Positions 15,623-23,622 of a DNA stretch of 32,000 nucleotides are shown here, piece by piece. Positions within the stretch are counted from its first letter, which is position 1; the number at the start of each line of letters is the position of its first letter. The DNA is from Fibrobacter succinogenes subsp. succinogenes S85 (GTDB taxonomy: Bacteria; Fibrobacterota; Fibrobacteria; Fibrobacterales; Fibrobacteraceae). Under the pieces are notes generated by a model. That model worked only from the letters and a program-made list of their open reading frames with translations. It was not told the origin of the DNA and searched no databases. Position numbers and translations under genes: made by a program. The DNA is taken from assembly GCF_000146505.1 (NCBI RefSeq), contig NC_017448.1:1710001-1742000 (forward strand). The letters run 5' to 3'.

Positions 15623-16428
15623 CTTTTGTTCACCTCGTAACCTTGAGCCTGCAAATAAGCGATAGCGGAATCCACTGTGATTTCTTCGCGACGGATGTTC
15701 GACAAAAATTCACGAGTGATTTCGTGCCTGGGCGAACGGAAAACATCCGACACCGCACCCGTCTCGATAACGTAACCTTTGTCTACAACAGCGACATATT
15801 GGCAAGCATCGCGCACCACTTCCATCTGGTGCGTAATCATCACCACTGTGAGATTCATTCCTGCGTGGATTTTCTTAATCAAGTCCAGAATTTCGTGAGT
15901 CGTCTGCGGGTCAAGCGCACTCGTCGCTTCGTCGCAAAAAAGAATGTTCGGCCGCGGCGCCAAGGCACGTGCAATCGCCACGCGCTGTTTTTGACCGCCC
16001 GAAAGTGTTGTAATCGGCGACTTCTCGCGGTCTTCAAGGCCCACAAGCGCAAGCATCTCTTTGACGCGAGCGTCGATATCGCGGCGGTTCCAACCTGCAA
16101 GTTCCAGCGGGAACGCCACATTCTTGCCTGCCGTGCGAGAACTGAACAAATTAAAATTCTGGAAAATCATTCCGATTTCGAGCCTACGGCGGTTCAGCTC
16201 TTTTTTGGGCAAATGGTCCACACGAACGCCATCGTAATAGACCTCGCCCCTATCGGGAGTTTCTAACAAACTCGCAAGTCGCAACAGCGAAGATTTGCCA
16301 GCCCCGCTCTTGCCGATAATGCCGATGATGGAATTATCAGGAAAATCAAGGGAAACATCCTTGACTGCCGTGACGCTTGCGCGTTTTGTCGTGTATGTTT
16401 TATTGAGATGTTCGAGCCTAAGCTGCAT
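15619..16428 (-). CDS. metN: Methionine ABC transporter ATP-binding protein, short form without an evident C-terminal NIL/C2 domain
   Basis: Walker A GKSGAGKSS, signature LSGGQKQRVAIARAL, Walker B ILFCDEATSALD. Only ~25 aa follow the REFL end of the ABC fold. Confidence 0.85.
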   Translation of the reverse strand: MQLRLEHLNKTYTTKRASVTAVKDVSLDFPDNSIIGIIGKSGAGKSSLLRLASLLETPDRGEVYYDGVRVDHLPKKELNRRRLEIGMIFQNFNLFSSRTAGKNVAFPLELAGWNRRDIDARVKEMLALVGLEDREKSPITTLSGGQKQRVAIARALAPRPNILFCDEATSALDPQTTHEILDLIKKIHAGMNLTVVMITHQMEVVRDACQYVAVVDKGYVIETGAVSDVFRSPRHEITREFLSNIRREEITVDSAIAYLQAQGYEVNKR

Positions 16429-16437
16429 TGACGCAAT

Positions 16438-17232
16438 CTAAAAAACGGGAACCACTTCGCCCTTGGTGTACTTGCCCTTAATCCAATTCTTGACCTTTTC
16501 GCTCTTGAGGGCATTCACCAAGGCCTGAATCTTTGCAGACTTCTCGTTACCCGCCTTGACCGCAATAACATTCACGTAAGGCGAACTCGCATTTTCAACA
16601 AACAAACCATGAGACGATGCATTAAGACCTGCCGGAATCGCATAGTTGCCGTTGATGGCTGCCGCATCCACATCCTGCAAAATGCGCGGGAGCGAAGCAG
16701 CCTCCAGTTCCTTGAACTTCAGCTTTTTCGGATTCTCGGTAATATCAATGGGAGTTGCAGTGATGCCAGACTTTGGATCAAGCTTAATAAGGCCAGCAGC
16801 CTGCAACAAAAGCAAGGCGCGCCCTTCGTTGGTCGGGTCGTTCGGAATCGCAATCGTTGCACCTTTCTTCAAATTTGCAAGCGATTTGACCTTTTTCTTG
16901 GAATTCTTCGACGGATAAAGTGCGAAAGGTTCCACATGAATGCCGCCCGCATTCACAAGATGCGTTCCCTTTTCTTTATTGAAACTTTCGAGGTAAGGCA
17001 AATGCTGGAAGTAATTGGCATCTAATTCGCCAGATTCCAGCGCCTCGTTCGGAGTCACGTAATCCGTGAACTCAACAACCTTGAGTTCATAACCCGCCTT
17101 GGCAAGGTCACCCTTAACCAAGTTCAAGATGGAAGCATGCGGCTCCGGAGTCGCACCAACCTTGATGACTTCGGCAGAAAACGCAGCAATAGCGGCAAAA
17201 GCAATAGACAAAATAATCTTACTGATATTCAT
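16438..17232 (-). CDS. metQ: MetQ/NlpA-family methionine-binding protein
   Basis: IKVGATPEPHASIL ... DANYFQH.PYL ... GATIAIPNDPTNEGRALLLL is typical of NlpA/MetQ. I place the start at the ATG at 17232 (MNISKIIL). The signal peptide ends AFSA|EV and has no lipobox Cys. Confidence 0.85.
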   Translation of the reverse strand: MNISKIILSIAFAAIAAFSAEVIKVGATPEPHASILNLVKGDLAKAGYELKVVEFTDYVTPNEALESGELDANYFQHLPYLESFNKEKGTHLVNAGGIHVEPFALYPSKNSKKKVKSLANLKKGATIAIPNDPTNEGRALLLLQAAGLIKLDPKSGITATPIDITENPKKLKFKELEAASLPRILQDVDAAAINGNYAIPAGLNASSHGLFVENASSPYVNVIAVKAGNEKSAKIQALVNALKSEKVKNWIKGKYTKGEVVPVF

Positions 17233-17347
17233 TTTTACTCTCCTATTTTTTTCGCACAAAAGATAGGATTAGCAAGAGTTATCAGCAAGATATATTTAAC
17301 TATAGCGTTTTATAGAATTTTTTTATACGTATTTTGTGCAAAACGCT

Positions 17348-17797
17348 TTACGCTTGTTTCCAATGCTTTAGTTGCGAGAGGTGTTTGTCGAAAAAGGCGC
17401 GGCGTTCTGCGTCGGGAGTATTGTCGGGATTGGGCATGTGCGAAAGCAGAAAATCGAGGAGGACCGACTTGTCGTTGTAAACAAACTTACCGTCGGTATA
17501 GCACCACTTGCAATAATCTTCGTTGAATTCGCCGCTGGGTTCACGGCTGATCATGGAATCTTCGCTGAGAGGCATTCCGCAGCATTGGCAGAAGAGTTGG
17601 CGCGGAGCGCCGAGCAACGTGTTTATGGACACGTTGAATTCACGGGAGATGACTTTGAGCATTTCGGTATTCGGCTGGGTTTCGCCAGTTTCCCAGCGGC
17701 TCACAGCTTGGCGCGTTACATGCAAGCGTTCGGCCATCTGGTCCTGGGTCAGGTTTTGATTCGAGCGCAACTTAAGCAAAACTTCTCGTACTTCCAT
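17348..17797 (-). CDS. XRE-family HTH protein fused to a putative zinc-ribbon domain
   Basis: HTH_3 pattern LTQDQMAERLHVTRQAVSRWETGETQP, followed by CQCCGMPL ... YCKWCY. I place the start at the ATG at 17797 (MEVREV) with an AAGGAGA SD. The longer ORF-track start lies in AT-rich DNA. Confidence 0.8.
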   Translation of the reverse strand: MEVREVLLKLRSNQNLTQDQMAERLHVTRQAVSRWETGETQPNTEMLKVISREFNVSINTLLGAPRQLFCQCCGMPLSEDSMISREPSGEFNEDYCKWCYTDGKFVYNDKSVLLDFLLSHMPNPDNTPDAERRAFFDKHLSQLKHWKQA

Positions 17798-17953
17798 AAT
17801 ATTCTCCTTTTGCAAATAAAATATTTTTAATTGTTTATCATTTCTTTTGACGAGTATAATATAGAACCAAGCTATAGCAAAAGCAAGCAACAGGCTGTTG
17901 CTTTTTTACGAGAGACGCGCAACCGAGAAGCGCGCGGCCCCCGGTCCACAAAC

Positions 17954-17979
17954 AAAAAAAGGCGACCCTAAGGCCGCCT
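17954..17979 (-). terminator. Rho-independent terminator downstream of alaS
   Basis: Minus strand reads AGGCGGCC-uuag-GGUCGCCU followed by UUUUUUU, ~60 nt after the alaS stop. Confidence 0.65.
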
Positions 17980-18040
17980 GAAAATTTTGAGATTCTTTCG
18001 CCTCTCGTCTGTAGCCGCAACGCGGCGTTCTTTCGTCTAA

Positions 18041-20689
18041 CTAAGCACCGAGCTTTGCTCTAATCCAGTTGTTAGCGTTAGCGATAGCTTCGGCAATCTT
18101 TTCCGGTTCGCGGGTACCAGCCTGAGCGCGGTCCGGACGGCCACCGCCCTTACCGTTGCAAGCCTTAGCGAGATCCCTGACAATGTCGCCAGCCTTGATG
18201 CCCTTGGCCTGAACGTTCTTGCCAACCATCACGGCGATGCTACCAGAACCGTTGTCCTTGTTTGCAATCACAGCAACGCTATCGACGTCAAGCTTGTTCT
18301 GAACGCCGTCGAGCAAGTTCTTGTACTTTTCATCCGGCAAGGAGAGTTCGCGAACGAAGAGGTTCACGCCCATCACGTTGATGCCACCGTTCAAGAGTTC
18401 GGCAGCAGCGAGCGTTGCGAGTTCAAGTTTCACGAACTGGAGGCTCTTTTCGAGGTTCTGCGTCTTGGCAAACGTCTGCTGGATGCGGTCGAGAACTTCG
18501 GCATCCTTGCAGCGGAGCTGTTCACGGAGAGCGTTGAGAATCTGCGTACCTGCGCGGAGGAGGCTCAAGGCGCCACGGCCAGAAACGGCTTCGATACGGC
18601 GCACGCCAGCGGACACGCTAGATTCAGAAACGATCTTCACCATGCCGATGTTACCGGTGTTCTGCACATGCAAGCCACCGCAAAGTTCGCGGGAGAATTC
18701 GACGCCAGCGTCACCCATCTTCACAACGCGGACCTTGTCGCCATACTTTTCGCCGAACAGAGCCATAGCACCGCTAGCCTTAGCTTCATCGACGTCCATC
18801 ACGTCGGTGTGGACCGGCAAGCATTCCATGATCTTGGCGTTCACGATGTCTTCGACCTTCTGAATTTCTTCTGCGGTCATGGCGTTGAAGTGGCTGAAGT
18901 CGAAGCGGAGGAGTTCGTTCGAAACGAAGCTACCCTGCTGCTGCACGTGAGTGCCAAGCACTTCACGGAGAGCGGCCTGGAGCAAGTGCGTTGCGGAGTG
19001 GTTCTTGCGGATGTCAGCGCGACGATCGTTATCGACGGTTGCCATGAACACGGCGCCCATCGTCTTTTCATTGGCTTCGCCCTTCACGACCTTACCACGG
19101 CAGAGAGCGGTATCGTTCACCTTCACGGTGTCAAACACCTGGATTTCGAGGTCGGCAGAAACGAGCGTTCCCTTGTCACCAACCTGGCCACCCATTTCGG
19201 CGTAGAACGGAGAGGTTTCGAGAACGATGCTCAAAACGCCCTTGTCTTCGCGCCAGCGGACAACCTTCGTTTCGCAAGCGGAGAGTTCATAACCGACAAA
19301 GTTTGTGCTAGCTTCGCTGTACTGCGTCCAGCCTTCGGTACCCATCGTGTTGATGCCCTGCTTCATGTTAGCGCGGGCGCGTTCCTTCTGTTCATTCATG
19401 CACTTTTCGTAGCCTTCTTCATCGATGAGGAGGCCCTTTTCTTCGGCGAGAATGCCAGTGAGGTCCGGCGGGAATCCATAGGTATCATACAGGAGGAACA
19501 CCTTGTCGCCCGGAATCTTGTCGCCCTTCTTGAGTTCGGCAGAGATAGCGGCAAAGCGTTCGAGACCAGCGTCGAGCGTACGGATAAAGCTTTCTTCTTC
19601 GCTCTTGATCACAGAGGCAACGAATTCCTTGCGTTCGCGGATTTCCGGGAAGGCATCGCCCATCGTGTCGGCGAGCACCTGAACGAGCTGGCAAATGAAC
19701 GGCTTCTTCTGACCGAGAAGGCGGGCAAAGCGGCTTGCGCGGCGCAAGATGCGGCGGAGCACGTAGCCACGGCCTTCGTTAGACGGAAGAGCACCGTCAG
19801 CAATAGCGAACGAAATAGCGCGGATGTGGTCGGCAATCACGCGGTGCGGGGTGCCGGCTTCGCCATCGTTGTACGGAACGCCAGAGAGTTCAGCGATCTT
19901 TGCGATAATCGGGGTGAACACGTCGGTGTCATAATTACTGGTCTTGCCCTGAAGAATAGCGCAGATACGTTCGAAGCCCATACCGGTATCAACGTTCTTG
20001 GCCTTGAGCGGAATGAGGGAGCCGTCGCTCACGCGTTCATACTGCATGAACACGTTATTCCAAATTTCAATGTAGCGGTCGTTTTCGCCGTTCACGCCCT
20101 TGATCGGGTCCTTGAACGTTTCGGCCTGCGTAGCGAGGTCGCCACGGTCGTAATGGATTTCGGAGCAAGGACCGCACGGACCGGTGTCGCCCATTTCCCA
20201 GAAGTTGGAGTGAGCGTCAAAGCGCATGATGCGGTCATCCGGAAGACCGGACACGTCCTTCCAAATCTGCCAGGCTTCGTCATCATCCTGATAGACGGTT
20301 GCAAAGAGGCGTTCCTTCGGGAGCTTCCAAACTTCAGTGAGGAGTTCCCAAGCCCAGGAAATAGCTTCCTTCTTATAATAGTCACCGAAGCTCCAGTTAC
20401 CGAGCATTTCGAAGAAAGTGTGATGGTAGTTGTCGCGGCCCACGACGTCGAGGTCGTTGTGCTTACCGGACACGCGGAGGCACTTCTGGCTGTTGCATGC
20501 GCGCTTCCAACCCTTCGGATTGTCGCCAAGGAAGATGGCCTTGAACTGGTTCATGCCCGCGTTCGTGAACATGAGCGTCGGGTCGTCATGCGGAACCACC
20601 GGCGAAGAACGCACGAAGAGGTGGCCCTTGGATTCGAAGAACTTGATAAAGGATTCGCGCACCTGCGCAGAAGTCATTTTTTCGGACAT
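18041..20689 (-). CDS. alaS: Alanine--tRNA ligase
   Basis: 882 aa. Class II AlaRS N-terminus (FIKFFESKGHLFVRSSPVVPHDDPTLMFTNAGMNQFK). Editing-domain HSATHLL and CGGLHV motifs. C-terminal DHHA1-like GGGRPD. Confidence 0.95.
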   Translation of the reverse strand: MSEKMTSAQVRESFIKFFESKGHLFVRSSPVVPHDDPTLMFTNAGMNQFKAIFLGDNPKGWKRACNSQKCLRVSGKHNDLDVVGRDNYHHTFFEMLGNWSFGDYYKKEAISWAWELLTEVWKLPKERLFATVYQDDDEAWQIWKDVSGLPDDRIMRFDAHSNFWEMGDTGPCGPCSEIHYDRGDLATQAETFKDPIKGVNGENDRYIEIWNNVFMQYERVSDGSLIPLKAKNVDTGMGFERICAILQGKTSNYDTDVFTPIIAKIAELSGVPYNDGEAGTPHRVIADHIRAISFAIADGALPSNEGRGYVLRRILRRASRFARLLGQKKPFICQLVQVLADTMGDAFPEIRERKEFVASVIKSEEESFIRTLDAGLERFAAISAELKKGDKIPGDKVFLLYDTYGFPPDLTGILAEEKGLLIDEEGYEKCMNEQKERARANMKQGINTMGTEGWTQYSEASTNFVGYELSACETKVVRWREDKGVLSIVLETSPFYAEMGGQVGDKGTLVSADLEIQVFDTVKVNDTALCRGKVVKGEANEKTMGAVFMATVDNDRRADIRKNHSATHLLQAALREVLGTHVQQQGSFVSNELLRFDFSHFNAMTAEEIQKVEDIVNAKIMECLPVHTDVMDVDEAKASGAMALFGEKYGDKVRVVKMGDAGVEFSRELCGGLHVQNTGNIGMVKIVSESSVSAGVRRIEAVSGRGALSLLRAGTQILNALREQLRCKDAEVLDRIQQTFAKTQNLEKSLQFVKLELATLAAAELLNGGINVMGVNLFVRELSLPDEKYKNLLDGVQNKLDVDSVAVIANKDNGSGSIAVMVGKNVQAKGIKAGDIVRDLAKACNGKGGGRPDRAQAGTREPEKIAEAIANANNWIRAKLGA

Positions 20690-20744
20690 AGCTATTCCTT
20701 TGATTTTTTACGAGCCCAAATTTAGCAAAAGGCGAACGCAGCGG

Positions 20745-20764
20745 CAAAACAATTTATTGTTTTG
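20745..20764. promoter_or_regulatory. Perfect 9-2-9 palindrome overlapping a possible alaS -35 element
   Basis: The plus strand reads CAAAACAAT-tt-ATTGTTTTG. On the minus strand its last TTG begins a possible TTGCCG-17 nt-TAAATT promoter, ~55 nt upstream of the alaS ATG. Confidence 0.35.
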
Positions 20765-20810
20765 ACATTGCTGAGCCGAGCTAAATGAGCTCCGAAGGAG
20801 CTCAAAGTAG

Positions 20811-20851
20811 AAAAAAAGAAACGCCCGCTCAATGGCGGGCATGACAATGTA
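20811..20851 (-). terminator. Rho-independent terminator carrying the TGACAATGTA-associated hairpin (copy 3 of 3)
   Basis: Minus strand reads UACAUUGUCA-u-GCCCGC-cauuga-GCGGGC-GUUUCUUUUUUU. It follows the lipoprotein gene that ends at 20894. Confidence 0.6.
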
Positions 20852-20893
20852 CCAATAACTAATAGCTAATGACCAATGACTACTGACCAACAA

Positions 20894-21379
20894 CTAATAA
20901 ATCTTTTTCATGTCGGTGAGGTGGCCTTCTTTTTCGTGGAAGAGCGTAAGCGAGCCACCCTGGATTTTCTGGAAAATCTTGGTGAGCTTTTCAACGGCGA
21001 TAGCCTCTTCAAAGCCAACTTCGTTATAAGCGGTTTCGCCAATCACGATGCCCACGTTCATCATGTCCGGAGCCTTGCGGCGCAGATAGCTCAAGAATTC
21101 TTCATCGCTGTTAATGACATCCGTCGGCGTGAGCTTTTCAAATTCCGACGGGTCGCGCGTACTCGCGTGCAGCGGGTACATGTCATCGGCCACAATTTGC
21201 CTAGAGTTCAAATAGAAAACGTTACCGACATACAAACTAATTGAATCATTCAGTACCTGACGCACTTCAATCAGCACATCGCTCGTAATCGAAGCTTCCT
21301 GAATGTCAAGCTTAGAAGGGGCGCAAGCCATAAAAGCGAGCGAAATTGCGGCAATAGCCGTAAGGAAAAATTTTTTCAT
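20894..21379 (-). CDS. Small lipoprotein, unknown function
   Basis: Starts MKKFFLTAIAAISLAFMAC|APS (lipobox). I place the start at the ATG at 21379 rather than the ORF-track start at 21424. Confidence 0.6.
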   Translation of the reverse strand: MKKFFLTAIAAISLAFMACAPSKLDIQEASITSDVLIEVRQVLNDSISLYVGNVFYLNSRQIVADDMYPLHASTRDPSEFEKLTPTDVINSDEEFLSYLRRKAPDMMNVGIVIGETAYNEVGFEEAIAVEKLTKIFQKIQGGSLTLFHEKEGHLTDMKKIY

Positions 21380-21462
21380 GATTACCTCTATATTTAAAAT
21401 CAATATATAAAAAGGGGCCAGCATATAGCCAGCCCAGACTTATTTTTTACAAAAATTAGAAT

Positions 21463-21981
21463 TTACATTCCGCCCAGAACAAATCCGTCCTTCTGAAGCA
21501 ATTCCATCGTCTTGTTGACGGATCCTGTTGCAGCATGGCCCTTGCCGATACGGTTGTAAGCTTCATACTTAATCGTTGCCTTCCAGACAACCTTACGTTC
21601 TGCGAGGGAAAGCAGCGCAAGTTCTTCATCAAACGTATCGATGGCGTTTCCATAAAGGCCGATCTTCGTGAACGTCTTTACCAAGATGTACTTTGCATGA
21701 TTCTGCTTGGCAAAGTCCGCCAGCGGGGATTCAGAAAGCGTCACTTCGTCGGTTTCGTGGAATGCAATGGCGTTTACACCATACGTTCCGCCAAGCGAAC
21801 TCGCCATCATATCTGCAACTTTATTTGCAAAGTCCCTAAGCGTACTGTTAGCAGAAGCCGTGACGACAACCGTTTCGCCCTTTAGCGCATAGACCTTTTC
21901 GAAATTGGACTGTCCGATATTCGTGATAGAACAGCCTGCCAAAAGAAAGACGACGAAAAGAACGGATATAAGTTTCTTCAT
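21463..21981 (-). CDS. Small lipoprotein, unknown function (paralog of the upstream gene)
   Basis: Starts MKKLISVLFVVFLLAGC|S. It shares a C-terminal RKVVWKATIK block with the upstream gene (RKVVWKMSIK). Its start codon overlaps that gene's stop (TAATG). Confidence 0.65.
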   Translation of the reverse strand: MKKLISVLFVVFLLAGCSITNIGQSNFEKVYALKGETVVVTASANSTLRDFANKVADMMASSLGGTYGVNAIAFHETDEVTLSESPLADFAKQNHAKYILVKTFTKIGLYGNAIDTFDEELALLSLAERKVVWKATIKYEAYNRIGKGHAATGSVNKTMELLQKDGFVLGGM

Positions 21982-22469
21982 TATTTGCTCCTTACAATTT
22001 TATTGGTTTTAAAGTCATTGACGATTTCCTTGACCAAGTAATACTTGCCAAAGCTACCGCCCGTCTTGATAGACATTTTCCAGACGACCTTACGGGTGTC
22101 GCAACTGAACATCGTCGGCAAATATTCAACTGTAACTGACGAATTCGTTGTTTCAAGACCCATGCCAATCACCATGGCATAATTACCGCTACAATTATCA
22201 AGAACCTGGGAGATAGGTACCGGATTGATAGAAAGTTTTTCGTTATAAATAAATTCCGTCTCCAAGTCCAAGTCGGATGCATTTGCATTCCACACGGAAT
22301 CAATCTTTTGCGTCAAATCTTCGTGCATGGCTCGTTCATTTACGAGCACGTACAACTTCTTCCCTGAAATTTCAAGCCCCGGTTCAGAGACTCGGTGGAC
22401 TTCGTTTGCAGCGCAACCAAATAAAGTAGCGGCAAGGAGGGCAATAACGGCAAAATATTTTGTTTTCAT
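21981..22469 (-). CDS. Small lipoprotein, unknown function
   Basis: Starts MKTKYFAVIALLAATLFGC|AAN. The ORF-track start at 22481 is a TTG, and the ATG at 22469 is preferred. Confidence 0.65.
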   Translation of the reverse strand: MKTKYFAVIALLAATLFGCAANEVHRVSEPGLEISGKKLYVLVNERAMHEDLTQKIDSVWNANASDLDLETEFIYNEKLSINPVPISQVLDNCSGNYAMVIGMGLETTNSSVTVEYLPTMFSCDTRKVVWKMSIKTGGSFGKYYLVKEIVNDFKTNKIVRSK

Positions 22470-22575
22470 GCGTTTTTCCAACAGGTAAAATGGTTTATTA
22501 GAAATATTTCGTCCAAAATATAGAAAAAAGCCTCCCAGATTTCTCCGGGAGGCTTGCTTCTATACACCAAACTTG

Positions 22576-23622
22576 TTAGTTAGCTTCGTAATCCAAGATG
22601 AGGCGGCAAACACCGTTTTCGACGATGACGTTATCCGGGCGGAGGTTCACGCGTTCCATTTCCCAGTTGCCACGGTCCCAATGATCGTAGTCAATATCTT
22701 CGCCATTGAAATCATCCTGCCAGAGCATCGTGAAGCCCTTGGTAGCCTCATCGTAAGAGTAAACGCGGACGTAGTCGATCTGCTGTTCAACCGGAAGACC
22801 GATACCGCCATCCCACTTGCCAGTCCATGCGGCACTCTTGGAGGCCCAGAGGTTAAAGCGGAGGGACTGTTCTTCGGTCAAGAATGCAACCTGGTCGGCA
22901 TCGGCATGGCTACCACGGCTGAGACCAATGGGATCGCGGCGGACTTCGACGCTGTCGATTTCCCAGGACACGTATTCCGGAGTCCAGACGATAGCGTAAA
23001 GGTGGAAATCCTGCGTGGCATCAAAGCCAAAGTCATGAAGCGGCTTGCTTTCGGAGGAGGTGTTGGCCTTGATAGAGGGGTCACCTTCGCGAGTGATGAT
23101 GTTGGACTGCCACTTGTCTGCGGCCTTACCCAAGACTTCGATATCGATTTCGTTCCACGGCTTTTCACCCTTTTCCCAGGAGTCATCGTAGTAAACGAAC
23201 ATGGAGCTCACGGAACCAGAGATGGCAGCCATCTTCATGCGTGCTTCAAAACGGCCATACTTGAACTGATCCCTACCGGTAAGTTCAGCACCGTAGAAGG
23301 AGTATTCCTTCGTCGGGTCAAGAGCGGTAAGCTTCGGCACTGCATAGGTGAACTGAGCAGCGCCATTCGAGCTAGAAGAAGCAGCCGGAAGAGCTTCCAC
23401 AGAGCTGGAGGACACGCCCGGAAGAACTTCGACAGAACTAGAAGAAAGGTCCGTCGGCAAAACCGAAGCGTCAGAGCTGGAGAGTTCTGCAACCGGAGTT
23501 GCATCGGAGCTGGAAGACGCACCAGCGGCCTGGCCCGGAGCTGCCGGGATAATGTTTTCGTTCATGTCTGAGCAAGCGGCGAAGAATGCCATTGCAGCCA
23601 TAGGGATAAGAATCTTTTTCAT
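22576..23622 (-). CDS. GH16 beta-1,3-1,4-glucanase (lichenase), circularly permuted Fibrobacter type, lipoprotein with an N-terminal Ser-rich linker
   Basis: GRFEARMKMAAISGSVSSMFVYY ... PWNEIDIEVLG ... SNIITREGD ... LRFNLWASKSAAWTG ... closely parallels, as I recall it, the F. succinogenes mixed-linkage glucanase. The catalytic block is EIDIE. Lipobox FFAAC|SD. I place the start at the ATG at 23622. Confidence 0.85.
   Translation of the reverse strand: MKKILIPMAAMAFFAACSDMNENIIPAAPGQAAGASSSSDATPVAELSSSDASVLPTDLSSSSVEVLPGVSSSSVEALPAASSSSNGAAQFTYAVPKLTALDPTKEYSFYGAELTGRDQFKYGRFEARMKMAAISGSVSSMFVYYDDSWEKGEKPWNEIDIEVLGKAADKWQSNIITREGDPSIKANTSSESKPLHDFGFDATQDFHLYAIVWTPEYVSWEIDSVEVRRDPIGLSRGSHADADQVAFLTEEQSLRFNLWASKSAAWTGKWDGGIGLPVEQQIDYVRVYSYDEATKGFTMLWQDDFNGEDIDYDHWDRGNWEMERVNLRPDNVIVENGVCRLILDYEAN

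Noticed and set aside
17233-17347. Canonical SAM-I (S-box) riboswitch upstream of metQ
   Set aside because: The region is too short and AT-rich and lacks the conserved GC-rich S-box helices as I remember them. I kept it only as a low-interest unclassified structured leader.
18668-20725. 685-aa plus-strand ORF covering most of alaS
   Set aside because: It is the exact codon-aligned antisense frame of alaS (same triplet phase). It stays open only because alaS avoids the codons TTA, CTA and TCA. The translation is low-complexity and rich in A/V/R/G/H, with no recognisable motif. alaS itself is unambiguous.
20690-20893. T-box or other known leader upstream of alaS
   Set aside because: The putative leader is only ~30 nt. 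I could see no specifier loop or T-box sequence (AANNNGGUGNUAC-like). Only a palindrome and short hairpins are present.
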